This document shows positions 9,514 through 18,615 of a DNA stretch of 64,000 bases, one piece after another. Within the stretch, counting starts at the first letter, position 1. Every line of letters starts with the position of its first letter. Below the pieces are notes generated by a model. It searched no databases, was not told where the DNA came from, and worked only from the letters and a program-made list of their open reading frames with translations. Source of the stretch: Christensenellaceae bacterium. GTDB lineage: Bacteria; Bacillota; Clostridia; Christensenellales; Borkfalkiaceae. Where the stretch lies: assembly GCA_045596285.1 (NCBI GenBank), contig JAZOCA010000025.1, positions 30,613 to 94,612 on the forward strand. The letters are read 5' to 3'. The position numbers and the translations under genes were made by a program.

Positions 9514-9814
9514 ACGTCCTCCCACGGCGACTAAAGCCGTTAACTTTATAATCTATTATTATGCGCCCTTTTTTTATATATGCCTTTTTACGATATTTTT
9601 CCGCTTGGCTTTTTTATTTTATAGCAATTTTAAAAACTTTCTTTCATCATATATAATTAATTTACCTTTGATCCTTACCTTACTTTTTGCAATTGTTCAC
9701 TTAAACACCACGTACGTTTATGATAATTACTTTTTTCATACTTTGTCCTACACCGCCTATTGTTCCATCTTGTTATATCAGCCCCACTCCACCCATAGTA
9801 CCAACGTATTTTTT

Positions 9815-10138
9815 AGTCCTACACCGCCTATCGCTTCAATTAATACCGTTCATTAACTAACAACAGGGCTTTACCTTCCCCACCACCATAAGTTAACTAC
9901 CAACAGGCTCTTTACCTTCCCCACCACCGTGAGTTAACTACCAACAGTCGCTTTGCATTTTCCACCGCCGTGAGCCAACTACCAACAGTCGCTTTATCTT
10001 CCCCACCGCCGTGAGCCAACTACCAACAGGCGCTTTACCTTCTCCACCACCGTGAGCCAACAACCAACAGTCACTTTACCTTCCCCACCACCGTGAGTTA
10101 ACTACCAACACTCGCTTTGCATTTTCCACCGCCGTGCA
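9815..10138 (+). repeat. Noncoding tandem array 1: a 38-bp head plus 7 units of a 41-bp repeat
   Basis: The head is AGTCCTACACCGCCTATCGCTTCAATTAATACCGTTCA. The units (9853-10138) have the consensus TTAACTACCAACAGTCGCTTTACCTTCCCCACCACCGTGAG. The period is not a multiple of 3, no spacers separate the units, and no long ORF spans the array. Confidence 0.9.
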
Positions 10139-10151
10139 ATACGAATTCTTT

Positions 10152-10176
10152 AAAACTACGCCTATAGGTCGATTAT
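10152..10176 (+). repeat. Family A motif, copy c
   Basis: AAAACTACGCCTATAGGTCGATTAT. Confidence 0.65.
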
Positions 10177-10191
10177 CTAACTTTCTATAAA

Positions 10192-10216
10192 TAAAAAAGG
10201 CGCGGAAACCGCGCCC
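10192..10216 (-). terminator. Rho-independent terminator ending the island operon
   Basis: The minus strand reads GGCGCGG-TTT-CCGCGCC followed by TTTTTT, 9 nt after the stop at 10225. Confidence 0.8.
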
Positions 10217-10224
10217 TAAAAATA

Positions 10225-11256
10225 TTATCTTCTACTGCTAACCGTTTGTGAATTTTGATTGTCTTCTTTTTGATCATTATTAGCACTTACTTCGTTTTGA
10301 ATGCTCTGAGAAGAACCCTTTTTATCTTCTATCGACCAAGTATTATTGATTGAATTAACTTGCTTTTTTACTGCCTCTTCTTTAAGTTCTGTATAGTTCT
10401 TTTTGCTTTCATCTGCTTTGTTATTTTCTAATTTGGCTTTTTCATATTGAGCATTTGATATATCTTTGATTTCAGATGAAAACACCTTTGCCCCCTCTGA
10501 CCAAGATTGAGTTTCCCCGTTGTTTCTTATTAAATTCATATTTTGTTTAGCGTAATTATAAGTATCTTGCGACCCTAAAGAAAAAGCCAACGTTTTTGCA
10601 AAAGAATTACTTTCTTTGTTTAACCCATCACGATATTCTTTTAAAAGAACTTTACCAGACTCTACATCTATGTTATACCTCGTTGCGATAGCCTCTGCAA
10701 ACTCGTCTAAGACCTGCCCATTAGAATGATGTACTAAACTATTTTTGTTCAAAAAGAAACTATCCATCCTGTTTTGTCTTTCTTGATAGTTTTCAGCAAG
10801 TTTTGCTTTTAATAATGAATATATTTTTTTATCTTCATGCGATAAATCTTTCATTTTTTCTATCTCCGCCTTTTTCTCTTTTGATAAATCTTGATATTTT
10901 TCTTTTAAGTTAATTTCAACTCTATTTTTAGCTGAATTAGTGCCTGAAAGAAAAACGCTTTTTGTTCTTGTATTAAAAGCACTTTGAAGCGAATATTTCC
11001 AGTTGTTTAAATGTGTTTGTTTATGTTCTTCTCTTGTTAAAAATTGAATATTATTGACTTCGCATGCAAGTTCCGGATGTTTGCTAACACTTTGAATATG
11101 ATGCCCAATAAAACCCTTAACTCTCCCGGTAGTCAATAACTCGTGTTGCTGATAAAGGTCCCACTCGCGACTACCTTTTCCTTGCTTTACAAGTCGAATT
11201 TCTTCCGCCCAGGCATCACGAACTCCTTTTGCCCTTAAATACTTTAAACTTGACAT
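10225..11256 (-). CDS. Putative HNH/EndoVII-fold nuclease toxin of the xHH (GHH/AHH/LHH) clade, with the toxin domain N-terminal and a long low-complexity/coiled-coil tail
   Basis: GFIGHHIQSVSKHPELACEVNNIQFLTREEHKQTH fits the [GAL]HH...N-I...L...H...H pattern of Aravind-type polymorphic-toxin nucleases, recalled from memory. The gene sits next to a SUKH/SMI1 gene. I chose the start at MSSLKY (11256). The track start at 11283 has no SD and would overlap the upstream gene. No signal peptide, LXG, WXG or RHS module is visible. Confidence 0.5.
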   Translation of the reverse strand: MSSLKYLRAKGVRDAWAEEIRLVKQGKGSREWDLYQQHELLTTGRVKGFIGHHIQSVSKHPELACEVNNIQFLTREEHKQTHLNNWKYSLQSAFNTRTKSVFLSGTNSAKNRVEINLKEKYQDLSKEKKAEIEKMKDLSHEDKKIYSLLKAKLAENYQERQNRMDSFFLNKNSLVHHSNGQVLDEFAEAIATRYNIDVESGKVLLKEYRDGLNKESNSFAKTLAFSLGSQDTYNYAKQNMNLIRNNGETQSWSEGAKVFSSEIKDISNAQYEKAKLENNKADESKKNYTELKEEAVKKQVNSINNTWSIEDKKGSSQSIQNEVSANNDQKEDNQNSQTVSSRR

Positions 11257-11264
11257 AATTATAC

Positions 11265-11702
11265 CTACCCAAGCTGTTCCCATTCGTTAATTTCGTCTTG
11301 AATAAAGCACTTAAAATCATTCCAGTCTTGATAAAATTCCTTATTTTCCTTATCCCACAAGAATATTTTTTGGGGACGCACCAAGTTTACACATAGCCAA
11401 TCGCCGTAATTTGTTTCACCTATTATAAGAAAATTGTTAAGCAATCCACTCTCTTTGCGAAAATTCCCCTTGTTTTCTTGTAATAAATCGTGATATGAGT
11501 TTTTACCCACACCGTAAATCACGCTACCGGGAATAAACAATTCGCCACCGTTAAAATGTTTTAACAGTTCAAGATAATTAGGCGGAAATTCAACACCAAG
11601 TTCGTTTTGTGCATTACTAATATCTTCTTCCGTTGCCGGTGGATATAAAACAACTACCGCACTGCTATAACGTGTAAGTTTGTTAATAAGTTCTTTCATC
11701 AC
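11265..11702 (-). CDS. SMI1/KNR4 (SUKH-1) family immunity-type protein
   Basis: 145 aa. The pattern ATEEDISNAQNELGVEFPPNYLELLKHFNGGELF...IIGETNYGDWLCVNL...IFLWDKE matches the SUKH-1 family. Confidence 0.8.
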   Translation of the reverse strand: MMKELINKLTRYSSAVVVLYPPATEEDISNAQNELGVEFPPNYLELLKHFNGGELFIPGSVIYGVGKNSYHDLLQENKGNFRKESGLLNNFLIIGETNYGDWLCVNLVRPQKIFLWDKENKEFYQDWNDFKCFIQDEINEWEQLG

Positions 11703-11730
11703 ACACCCTCAAGTTTAACTTTTAATTAGA

Positions 11731-14700
11731 CTACTCTAATTCAATAATTCCATCTGAACAAACAATTTCTTCAATACCCCATAAATAAATGTTATCAATT
11801 GTAACCACGTATTCTCCCATCGATCCCAAATCGACAGTAATTGAGAAATTATTTATAAGATCCCATTGTTCCATTGTACCCAAGTAGATAATGCTTGAAA
11901 CATTCTCGATGTATTCAAAATTAGAAGAGCCTATATAAGTTATAGAATTAGGCAACGTTACGCTTATTAATTTATTACAGTCTTCAAACGCCCCGGTACC
12001 TATCACTTTGCAATTTTCATCAACAACCGCCGTAAAAAGGTCTTTATCCACACTTGCCAAATAAAGATGTGGATTAAATTCATTACCTAAATATTTCAAT
12101 CCATCCCATTCATTATAAACAAGATTGTTGCAATATTCAAACGCACGTGAACCGATAAACATTATACTTTCTGGGATACTTACACTTACCAAATTATTAC
12201 AGCCATAAAACGCGTAATCATCTATTATTGTTACGCCCTCTGGAATACTTACACTTGCTAAGTTACCACAATTCCTAAACGCACTGTTTCCTATTGCAAT
12301 TACGCCTTCGGGAATACTTACACTTGCTAAGTTATCACAGTCATAAAACGCGTAATCACCTATTATAGTTACTCCTTCGGGGATAATAAAAGAACTATCT
12401 GTTTTGCCACCGGCATACCTAACCAAGGTCTTACCATCCTTAGAGTATAAATTTCCATCTATAGATTTATAATTAGGATTGTTTTCCGCAACTTCTATAT
12501 AATATAGATCATCCCAACTATCAACTGAATCAATCACTTCCACCGTTGAAGGAATAACTAACCAATCTAAATCCTCTGCCATATACAAATCTGGTATTCT
12601 TTTTGCTTTTGTTAACTCCAAATAAATTATGTTACAATAATACCAATCTCCATCTACAAATGAAAATAAATAGCGAAAATCGCAAGTTTCATCATCGTCT
12701 ACTGTTTTACCTATAAAAGGCGTAACGAGCGAACTCAAGTTCCAACAATCAGCAAAAATACCCCTACCGATACTTTCTACAGAAGATGGAATCGAAATAC
12801 CCTTTATACCCGACCCAACAAAAGCATAATCGCAAATAGTTTGCAACCCTTCAGGCAGGTCAAGTTCAACAATATTACTTCTATATGCAAAAGCGTAACT
12901 TTCTATTTGTTTTATCGTATTAGGAAATTGAAGTTGTAATTGTACGTTATAAGAATTAGTTGTGAACGCATATTCTTTAATATTTTCAGTACCTTCAAGT
13001 ATTTCATAATAATCTAAAAATTTAAATGGTGGAAAGCATATTAAATCCTTGCCGTCTTTACTGTATAAAACCCCGTCTACAGCCTTATAATTTTCATTAT
13101 ATGGTGAAACGAAAATATTTGAAACGCAACTATCAAAGAATACTTCAGCCGAAACGTCTTTAACAGTTGATGAAAGATTAACCACTTCAATCCGACGTTC
13201 GGACGTAAAGAGATAATCGCAAAGCGTTTCAACCCCTTCGGGAACTGTAAATTCGTTGTATTCCGCCCATTCATCTTGGGATATTGCAAGCAATGTTTTA
13301 CCGTCTTTACTATATAAATCACCATTTACAGATTTGTAATTTTGATTGTTAGAATCCACTCTTATTTCTGGTATCGAACAAGAATAAAAAGCCCCCGATA
13401 GTATTTTATTGACGTTTGCAGGTATAAATATCTCACCGTAATAGTCCATAACGGCAAGCGACAATATGCCAACGGTATCATATCTTAAATCTATGTAATT
13501 TAAATTTGAGTTTACTCTATAAAGCCAGTTATTGACGTAATAAGCGCCGTTATATTCCGTGATTAATCTTTCACAGTTTTCAAAAATCCCATAGCCTACT
13601 TCTTCTAAAGAATCTGGTATGTTAATTTCTGAAAGGTGAGAACAATTTACAAATGCGGAATCACCTATTTTTATTATACCTTCGTTAAGAGATAGCTTTG
13701 ATAACTTATTATTACCGTAAAACGATAGCGCTTCATCGGCAATTTCAATTGCATCTGTTATCGTTAGAGTCTTTAGGTTTTCATAATCATCTATTAAAGT
13801 CATTAATTTCAAATTCTCTTGCCGATTAAAACCTATAAAAGGAATCTCTAAGTTTTCTAAAAGAGGACAATTGTAGATGAAAGAATCCCCTATCTTTTGA
13901 ACGCTTTTGGGTATCACAACAGATTTTAAACTGGGGCAATTATAAAAAACATATGATTCAACTTCTAAAAGTCCATCTAAAAAAGTTACGTTTTGAATAC
14001 TTTCGCATCCATAAAAAGAATCTTCTTCAAGTCGTGTTTCATTAGTTACAACCACGTCCTTTAATGAATATGGAACGCCATAACTAAATATGCTATTAAA
14101 TCGACTAGAGCCATCTTCTCCATCTGCAATTTCTTGTTTCGTTCCAACGAAAGGAAGGGTTATTTTACATAAAGAAGTACACTCTTCAAACACTCCACTT
14201 TGTATTTCTGTAACGCTGTTAGGAATAATGATTTCGTTTAATGAAGTACAACCTTTAAATGCGCGGTAACGAATTTTTAATACACTATTTGGCAATTTTA
14301 TAAAATTAACATTTTCACAACCACTAAACGCCTCGATTGAAATTTCTGCGCCATCTAATATATCTATTTCCCTTAAGGATGCTGGGATATTTTCTTCTCC
14401 GCCAAAAATATAATTAAAAGATTGTTCTTTTATCCTTATTTGCATATCGTTCCAATTATAAAGATCATCATAGTTCACGTCATAATCTTCACTTCTTTGC
14501 TTCCCTACAAACGGTATGGTAATTTTTGTTAGAGATTCGCATTCCTGAAAAGCATATTCATTAATTACCCTAACTGAAGTAGGGATATAGATTTCAAGCA
14601 AATCACAACCCGAAAAAGTTCCACTTGCAATAGAAATAACTTTTGTTCCTTCTATTTCAGAAGGAATTTCTAAACTTGTGCTTATAGAATTATCATATGA

Positions 14701-15042
14701 GATCGCTTCATACCCCTTTAAACTTCTATTATACGAGTAAGTAACGCCATCTATTGTTTTATCCCATTTTACAGTAAAAACAACTATGGGCAAAATAACC
14801 CCTATAATTACAACAACTGCAACGATGGGAATTAAGTGTGCACGAATATAGTTTGCTGTTTTATTTAACCTATATTTTAAGGAGTTTCCTGCTTTACTGC
14901 ATAAGAAAGCAATTTTTGAAAAAATAATCTTCAAAAAATTTCCAAAACTTGCATTTTGAGAGTTATAATACTCCTCGTCACTTTGCTCTATATCTTCTAT
15001 TTCTTCTTCGTTAAATCTACCGTAACCCTTTGGTATTTTCAT
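11731..15042 (-). CDS. Giant BspA-type leucine-rich-repeat (LRR_5/TpLRR) protein, type II membrane topology
   Basis: 1103 aa. One strongly hydrophobic segment (LIPIVAVVVIIGVILPIVVFTV, about aa 70-92) follows an acidic N-terminus. Dozens of units fit the pattern IP.SV..IG..AF..C..L, with recurrent N.NYKS.DG.LYSKDGKTL modules. The SD sequence GGAGG lies inside the end of the upstream gene. Confidence 0.85.
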   Translation of the reverse strand: MKIPKGYGRFNEEEIEDIEQSDEEYYNSQNASFGNFLKIIFSKIAFLCSKAGNSLKYRLNKTANYIRAHLIPIVAVVVIIGVILPIVVFTVKWDKTIDGVTYSYNRSLKGYEAISYDNSISTSLEIPSEIEGTKVISIASGTFSGCDLLEIYIPTSVRVINEYAFQECESLTKITIPFVGKQRSEDYDVNYDDLYNWNDMQIRIKEQSFNYIFGGEENIPASLREIDILDGAEISIEAFSGCENVNFIKLPNSVLKIRYRAFKGCTSLNEIIIPNSVTEIQSGVFEECTSLCKITLPFVGTKQEIADGEDGSSRFNSIFSYGVPYSLKDVVVTNETRLEEDSFYGCESIQNVTFLDGLLEVESYVFYNCPSLKSVVIPKSVQKIGDSFIYNCPLLENLEIPFIGFNRQENLKLMTLIDDYENLKTLTITDAIEIADEALSFYGNNKLSKLSLNEGIIKIGDSAFVNCSHLSEINIPDSLEEVGYGIFENCERLITEYNGAYYVNNWLYRVNSNLNYIDLRYDTVGILSLAVMDYYGEIFIPANVNKILSGAFYSCSIPEIRVDSNNQNYKSVNGDLYSKDGKTLLAISQDEWAEYNEFTVPEGVETLCDYLFTSERRIEVVNLSSTVKDVSAEVFFDSCVSNIFVSPYNENYKAVDGVLYSKDGKDLICFPPFKFLDYYEILEGTENIKEYAFTTNSYNVQLQLQFPNTIKQIESYAFAYRSNIVELDLPEGLQTICDYAFVGSGIKGISIPSSVESIGRGIFADCWNLSSLVTPFIGKTVDDDETCDFRYLFSFVDGDWYYCNIIYLELTKAKRIPDLYMAEDLDWLVIPSTVEVIDSVDSWDDLYYIEVAENNPNYKSIDGNLYSKDGKTLVRYAGGKTDSSFIIPEGVTIIGDYAFYDCDNLASVSIPEGVIAIGNSAFRNCGNLASVSIPEGVTIIDDYAFYGCNNLVSVSIPESIMFIGSRAFEYCNNLVYNEWDGLKYLGNEFNPHLYLASVDKDLFTAVVDENCKVIGTGAFEDCNKLISVTLPNSITYIGSSNFEYIENVSSIIYLGTMEQWDLINNFSITVDLGSMGEYVVTIDNIYLWGIEEIVCSDGIIELE
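12172..12378. repeat. Three tandem 69-bp (23-aa LRR) units with high DNA identity inside the 1103-aa gene
   Basis: The protein repeat is SVSIPEGV.IIGDYAFY.C.NLA, three times. The DNA units were aligned by eye. Confidence 0.75.
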
Positions 15043-15046
15043 GATT

Positions 15047-18000
15047 TCATTCCTCCGTAACAGAAATATTTATAACTCCATCGGAACATATGAGCTTTTT
15101 TTCCTTAGCATTTTTACCAAAACAATATCGTTTTTTAATTGCATTCCACTGCCGTTTTGTTCCCTCATACGTAATACTCGATAAATTATCACAATAAAAA
15201 GCATTTACAGATTCAATAGAAACAACGCTTTTCGGGATAGTTATTTCTTTTAAACTATTACACTCACAAAAAGCTTGCGATTCAATGGTTGTAACGTTTT
15301 TGGGAATAATTATCTCTGATAACTTTTTGCAATACCAAAAGGCAAAAGAAGGGATAACCGTTAAATTTTCTGGTAGCGTTACACTTGTTAAATTATCGCA
15401 ATAAGCAAAAACACTACGCCCTATTATCGTTACACTATTTGGTATATTAATACTTGTTAAATTTTTACACTCTTCAAAAGCATATTCTTCAATCGTAGTT
15501 ACGCTATTTGGTATTACAATATCTTTTAGGGTACGGTTTCTGTAAAAAGCACTTTCGCCTATAACATTGACGTGATTTGGTATAGTAAAAGAACTCTCTT
15601 TCTTTCCAGGCGCATAACAAATTAAGGTTTTTCCATCTTTACTATACAAATTTCCGTCTATCGCCTTAAAATTAAGATTATCTGTACTTACTTTTATCTC
15701 TTGCAGTGAGCTACAATAAAAAGCATTTGTAGATTCAATAGAAACAACGCTTTTCGGGATAGTTATTTCTTTTAAACTATTACATTTATAAAAAGCTTGC
15801 AATTCAATGGTTGTAACGTTGTTGGGAATAATTACCTCTGATAAATTTTCGCAATGCCCAAAGGCAAAAGAAGGGATAACCGTTAAATTTTCTGGTAGCG
15901 TTACGCTTGTTAAATTATCGCAATAAGCAAAAACTCTATACCCTATTGTCGTTACACTATTTGGTATATTAATACTTGTTAAATTTTTACAATTTGCAAA
16001 AGCATCTTCTTCAATCGTAGTTACGCTATTTGGTATTACAATATCTTTTAGCGCGCGATTATCACAAAACGCGTGTGAACCTATAGTATTTACGTGATTA
16101 GGTATAACAAAAACAGCATCTTTTTTTCCAGGAGCATAGCGAACTAATACTTTTCCATCTTTACTATATAAGTTGCCATCTATAGACGTATAATTAGGAT
16201 TGTGTTTGTTTACGTTTATATTCTCAAGTTCTATACAACCATTAAAAGCTTTTTCGTGTATAACTTTTATACTTTCTTCTATATTTACCTCGCTAACAGA
16301 ATCACAAAGAGCACCGGCCCTCCTCCATCCCCCTGCTCTCTTATTATTATAATCAGTAATATACCAAAAAGCTAATCTATCAAGTTTATCTCCGTTATTA
16401 ACAGTTATTTTTTTAACGTTAAATTTTGTTAAAGATTGTATAGCACCCACAGGGCATTCAACCTGGTTAACATTGTAACACCCATAGAATATATCTTTGC
16501 CAATATTCTTAATTTTACATTGTATACTTATATTTTGAAGAGCGGCGCAACCGTAAAAAGCATAGTCGCCAATAAATTTTATATTTTCGGGAATTACAAT
16601 ACTCGTAAGCGACTTACAATTTAAAAAGGCGAAACTATCGATGCGAGATATATTGTTAGGAATCACAACGTTTGTAAGCGTTTCTCGATTAGTTGAAAGG
16701 TAGCTGTAAAAATCATCTTCTTTACTTTTTTTGTGTTTTGTTTTTTTATAAAACACTCTTTTTTTACCAATATCTTCTATTCCACGTATTTTTTTCCAGC
16801 TCTTTCGTGTACCATAATAAACCACGTGAACAACCTTAGAACACCCTTTAAATGCACCTCTCCAAATATAATTAAGCTCATTATACACCGTTATATGGCT
16901 AAGAGCTTTACAACCATCAAAGGCAAATAAGCCAATCTCTTTTAAACTTGTGGGAAAAACAACTTTTTTTAATGAATAACAATTCTTAAAAGCCTCGTCG
17001 CCTATTTTGTTTAAATTATTCGGCATTTTTATATCTTCTAATGAATTACATCTTTCAAATAACCCTCTTTCGATTTCGTTTAATTTATCGGGTAACGCTA
17101 TACATTTTAAACGAGTGCAGTTATAAAAAGCTCCCCTTTTTATTGAATTAACACTATTTGGGAGCACAACGTGTTCTAACTGTTTACAATTACTAAATGC
17201 AAAAATATCGATTTCGGTAACGCTATTAGGTATTATTATACATTTTAGGTTGCAATAAGAAAAAGCATGTGGCCCTATCGTTTTAGTTCCATCTGGCACG
17301 ATAAAAGTTTCTTCCGACTTACCGTTTGCATATTGAATTAACGTTTTACCGTCTTTAGAATATAAATCTCCATCAATAGATTTGTAATTTGAATTACCTG
17401 ATTCCACCTTTATTTCCACCAACTGATTACAACCCATAAAAGCATAATAACCTATTGTTTTAACGTTGTTGGGAATAATCACACTGTTGATTTCATTATG
17501 ATATATTAGGGCTTCGTTAGCAATAATTTTACAATTATCATTTATTTGTACATAGTCAATTTTCTCTGTTCCTTTAATCAAACATAAATATGGGTTTTCA
17601 TCATTACCTAAATATTTTAATCCGTTAAGTTCATTATAGGAAAGATTATTGCATTCATTGAAAGATAATGCCCCTATTGATTCTATACCGTTAGGCATTG
17701 TTATTTTTTTTAGTCCAAAACATTTCTCGAAGGCTCTTTTTCCTATATATTGTATATCTTCAGGTATATCAATAGCGGTTAAATTCACACATCCACTAAA
17801 CGCTCTTTCTTCTATTTCCTCTAAATTTTTAGGAAGTGTTACGCTTAATAAATTCACACATCCTCTAAACGCTCTTTCTCCTATTATCTTTAAATTTTTA
17901 GGAAAAGTTACGCTTAATAAATTCACACATCCACCAAACGCGCTTTCTCCTATTCCCTCTAAATTTTTAGGAAGAGTTACGCTTAATAAATTATCATAAT

Positions 18001-18589
18001 CAGCAAAAACAATTTCATTTATGTAATCCACTGGATATCCATAAATATCATCTTTTATGATAATTTCGGTTGAGTTGCCTCTATACTCGCTCACGAAGAA
18101 AGAGTTTGTTTCCTCATCATAAACATATTCAATACCATCTTCTTCATACACTAACGACGAATTTATAAGAATAGCTCCATCACAACAGAAAACCCAATCA
18201 CACACAAGGCTCTCGTCTTTATTGATTTGAGCCCACTGATCCTTTGTTCCACCAAAGGTTATATTTACTATTGTTTTACACCTACTAAAAGCTCCGTTAA
18301 CAATCAAACCTACACTTTTCGGTATAATCATATTTCTAACTAAATTACAGTTTGTAAACATATCCTCTGTAATAACGGCTACACCTTCTAAAACAGTTAT
18401 ACTTTCAAAAGATGAATAATTATTATAATCTGAACTGTTAGGTATAGTTTCACCATATATTACTAGCCCATTCTTGGCGTTGTTTTTTGTAAAAACGTAA
18501 TCATTACTAGCATTTTCTTCCGTTTTGTTGCAGTTGTTTATATCAAATTCTTCTCCAATAGCTCGGCTATACTCTTTTGGGATCTTCAT
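15047..18589 (-). CDS. Giant BspA-type LRR_5 protein with no recognisable signal peptide or TM segment
   Basis: 1180 aa with the same LRR_5 unit pattern. The first 60 residues are hydrophilic (MKIPKEYSRAIGEEFDINNCNKTEENASNDY...). It shares the MKIPK.Y.R opening with the downstream paralog. The SD is AAGGAGAA. Confidence 0.85.
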   Translation of the reverse strand: MKIPKEYSRAIGEEFDINNCNKTEENASNDYVFTKNNAKNGLVIYGETIPNSSDYNNYSSFESITVLEGVAVITEDMFTNCNLVRNMIIPKSVGLIVNGAFSRCKTIVNITFGGTKDQWAQINKDESLVCDWVFCCDGAILINSSLVYEEDGIEYVYDEETNSFFVSEYRGNSTEIIIKDDIYGYPVDYINEIVFADYDNLLSVTLPKNLEGIGESAFGGCVNLLSVTFPKNLKIIGERAFRGCVNLLSVTLPKNLEEIEERAFSGCVNLTAIDIPEDIQYIGKRAFEKCFGLKKITMPNGIESIGALSFNECNNLSYNELNGLKYLGNDENPYLCLIKGTEKIDYVQINDNCKIIANEALIYHNEINSVIIPNNVKTIGYYAFMGCNQLVEIKVESGNSNYKSIDGDLYSKDGKTLIQYANGKSEETFIVPDGTKTIGPHAFSYCNLKCIIIPNSVTEIDIFAFSNCKQLEHVVLPNSVNSIKRGAFYNCTRLKCIALPDKLNEIERGLFERCNSLEDIKMPNNLNKIGDEAFKNCYSLKKVVFPTSLKEIGLFAFDGCKALSHITVYNELNYIWRGAFKGCSKVVHVVYYGTRKSWKKIRGIEDIGKKRVFYKKTKHKKSKEDDFYSYLSTNRETLTNVVIPNNISRIDSFAFLNCKSLTSIVIPENIKFIGDYAFYGCAALQNISIQCKIKNIGKDIFYGCYNVNQVECPVGAIQSLTKFNVKKITVNNGDKLDRLAFWYITDYNNKRAGGWRRAGALCDSVSEVNIEESIKVIHEKAFNGCIELENINVNKHNPNYTSIDGNLYSKDGKVLVRYAPGKKDAVFVIPNHVNTIGSHAFCDNRALKDIVIPNSVTTIEEDAFANCKNLTSINIPNSVTTIGYRVFAYCDNLTSVTLPENLTVIPSFAFGHCENLSEVIIPNNVTTIELQAFYKCNSLKEITIPKSVVSIESTNAFYCSSLQEIKVSTDNLNFKAIDGNLYSKDGKTLICYAPGKKESSFTIPNHVNVIGESAFYRNRTLKDIVIPNSVTTIEEYAFEECKNLTSINIPNSVTIIGRSVFAYCDNLTSVTLPENLTVIPSFAFWYCKKLSEIIIPKNVTTIESQAFCECNSLKEITIPKSVVSIESVNAFYCDNLSSITYEGTKRQWNAIKKRYCFGKNAKEKKLICSDGVINISVTEE
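15185..16212. repeat. In-frame tandem duplication, 2 x 522 bp (174 aa), inside the 1180-aa LRR gene
   Basis: ACAATAAAAAGCATTT... recurs at 15191 and 15713 (offset 522). The two copies are roughly 90% identical by eye over about 500 bp. Confidence 0.85.
17781..17987. repeat. Three tandem 69-bp LRR-unit repeats inside the 1180-aa gene
   Basis: The protein repeat is LLSVTLPKNLE.IGE.AF.GCVN, three times. The shadow plus-strand ORF 17649..17999 shows the same threefold periodicity. Confidence 0.8.
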
Positions 18590-18615
18590 GGTTCTCCTTT
18601 CCTGTGTGAAATAGA

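Noticed and set aside
9605-9856. 83-aa plus-strand ORF from the track
   Set aside because: It lies in AT-rich intergenic and repeat-head DNA, has no SD, has low-complexity composition and runs into the repeat head. It is most likely a chance ORF.
9853-10138. The 41-bp repeat arrays (also 21035-21239) as CRISPR arrays
   Set aside because: The units are directly contiguous with no unique spacers. The units drift in sequence. No cas genes or CRISPR-type leader-repeat-spacer architecture is present in the window.
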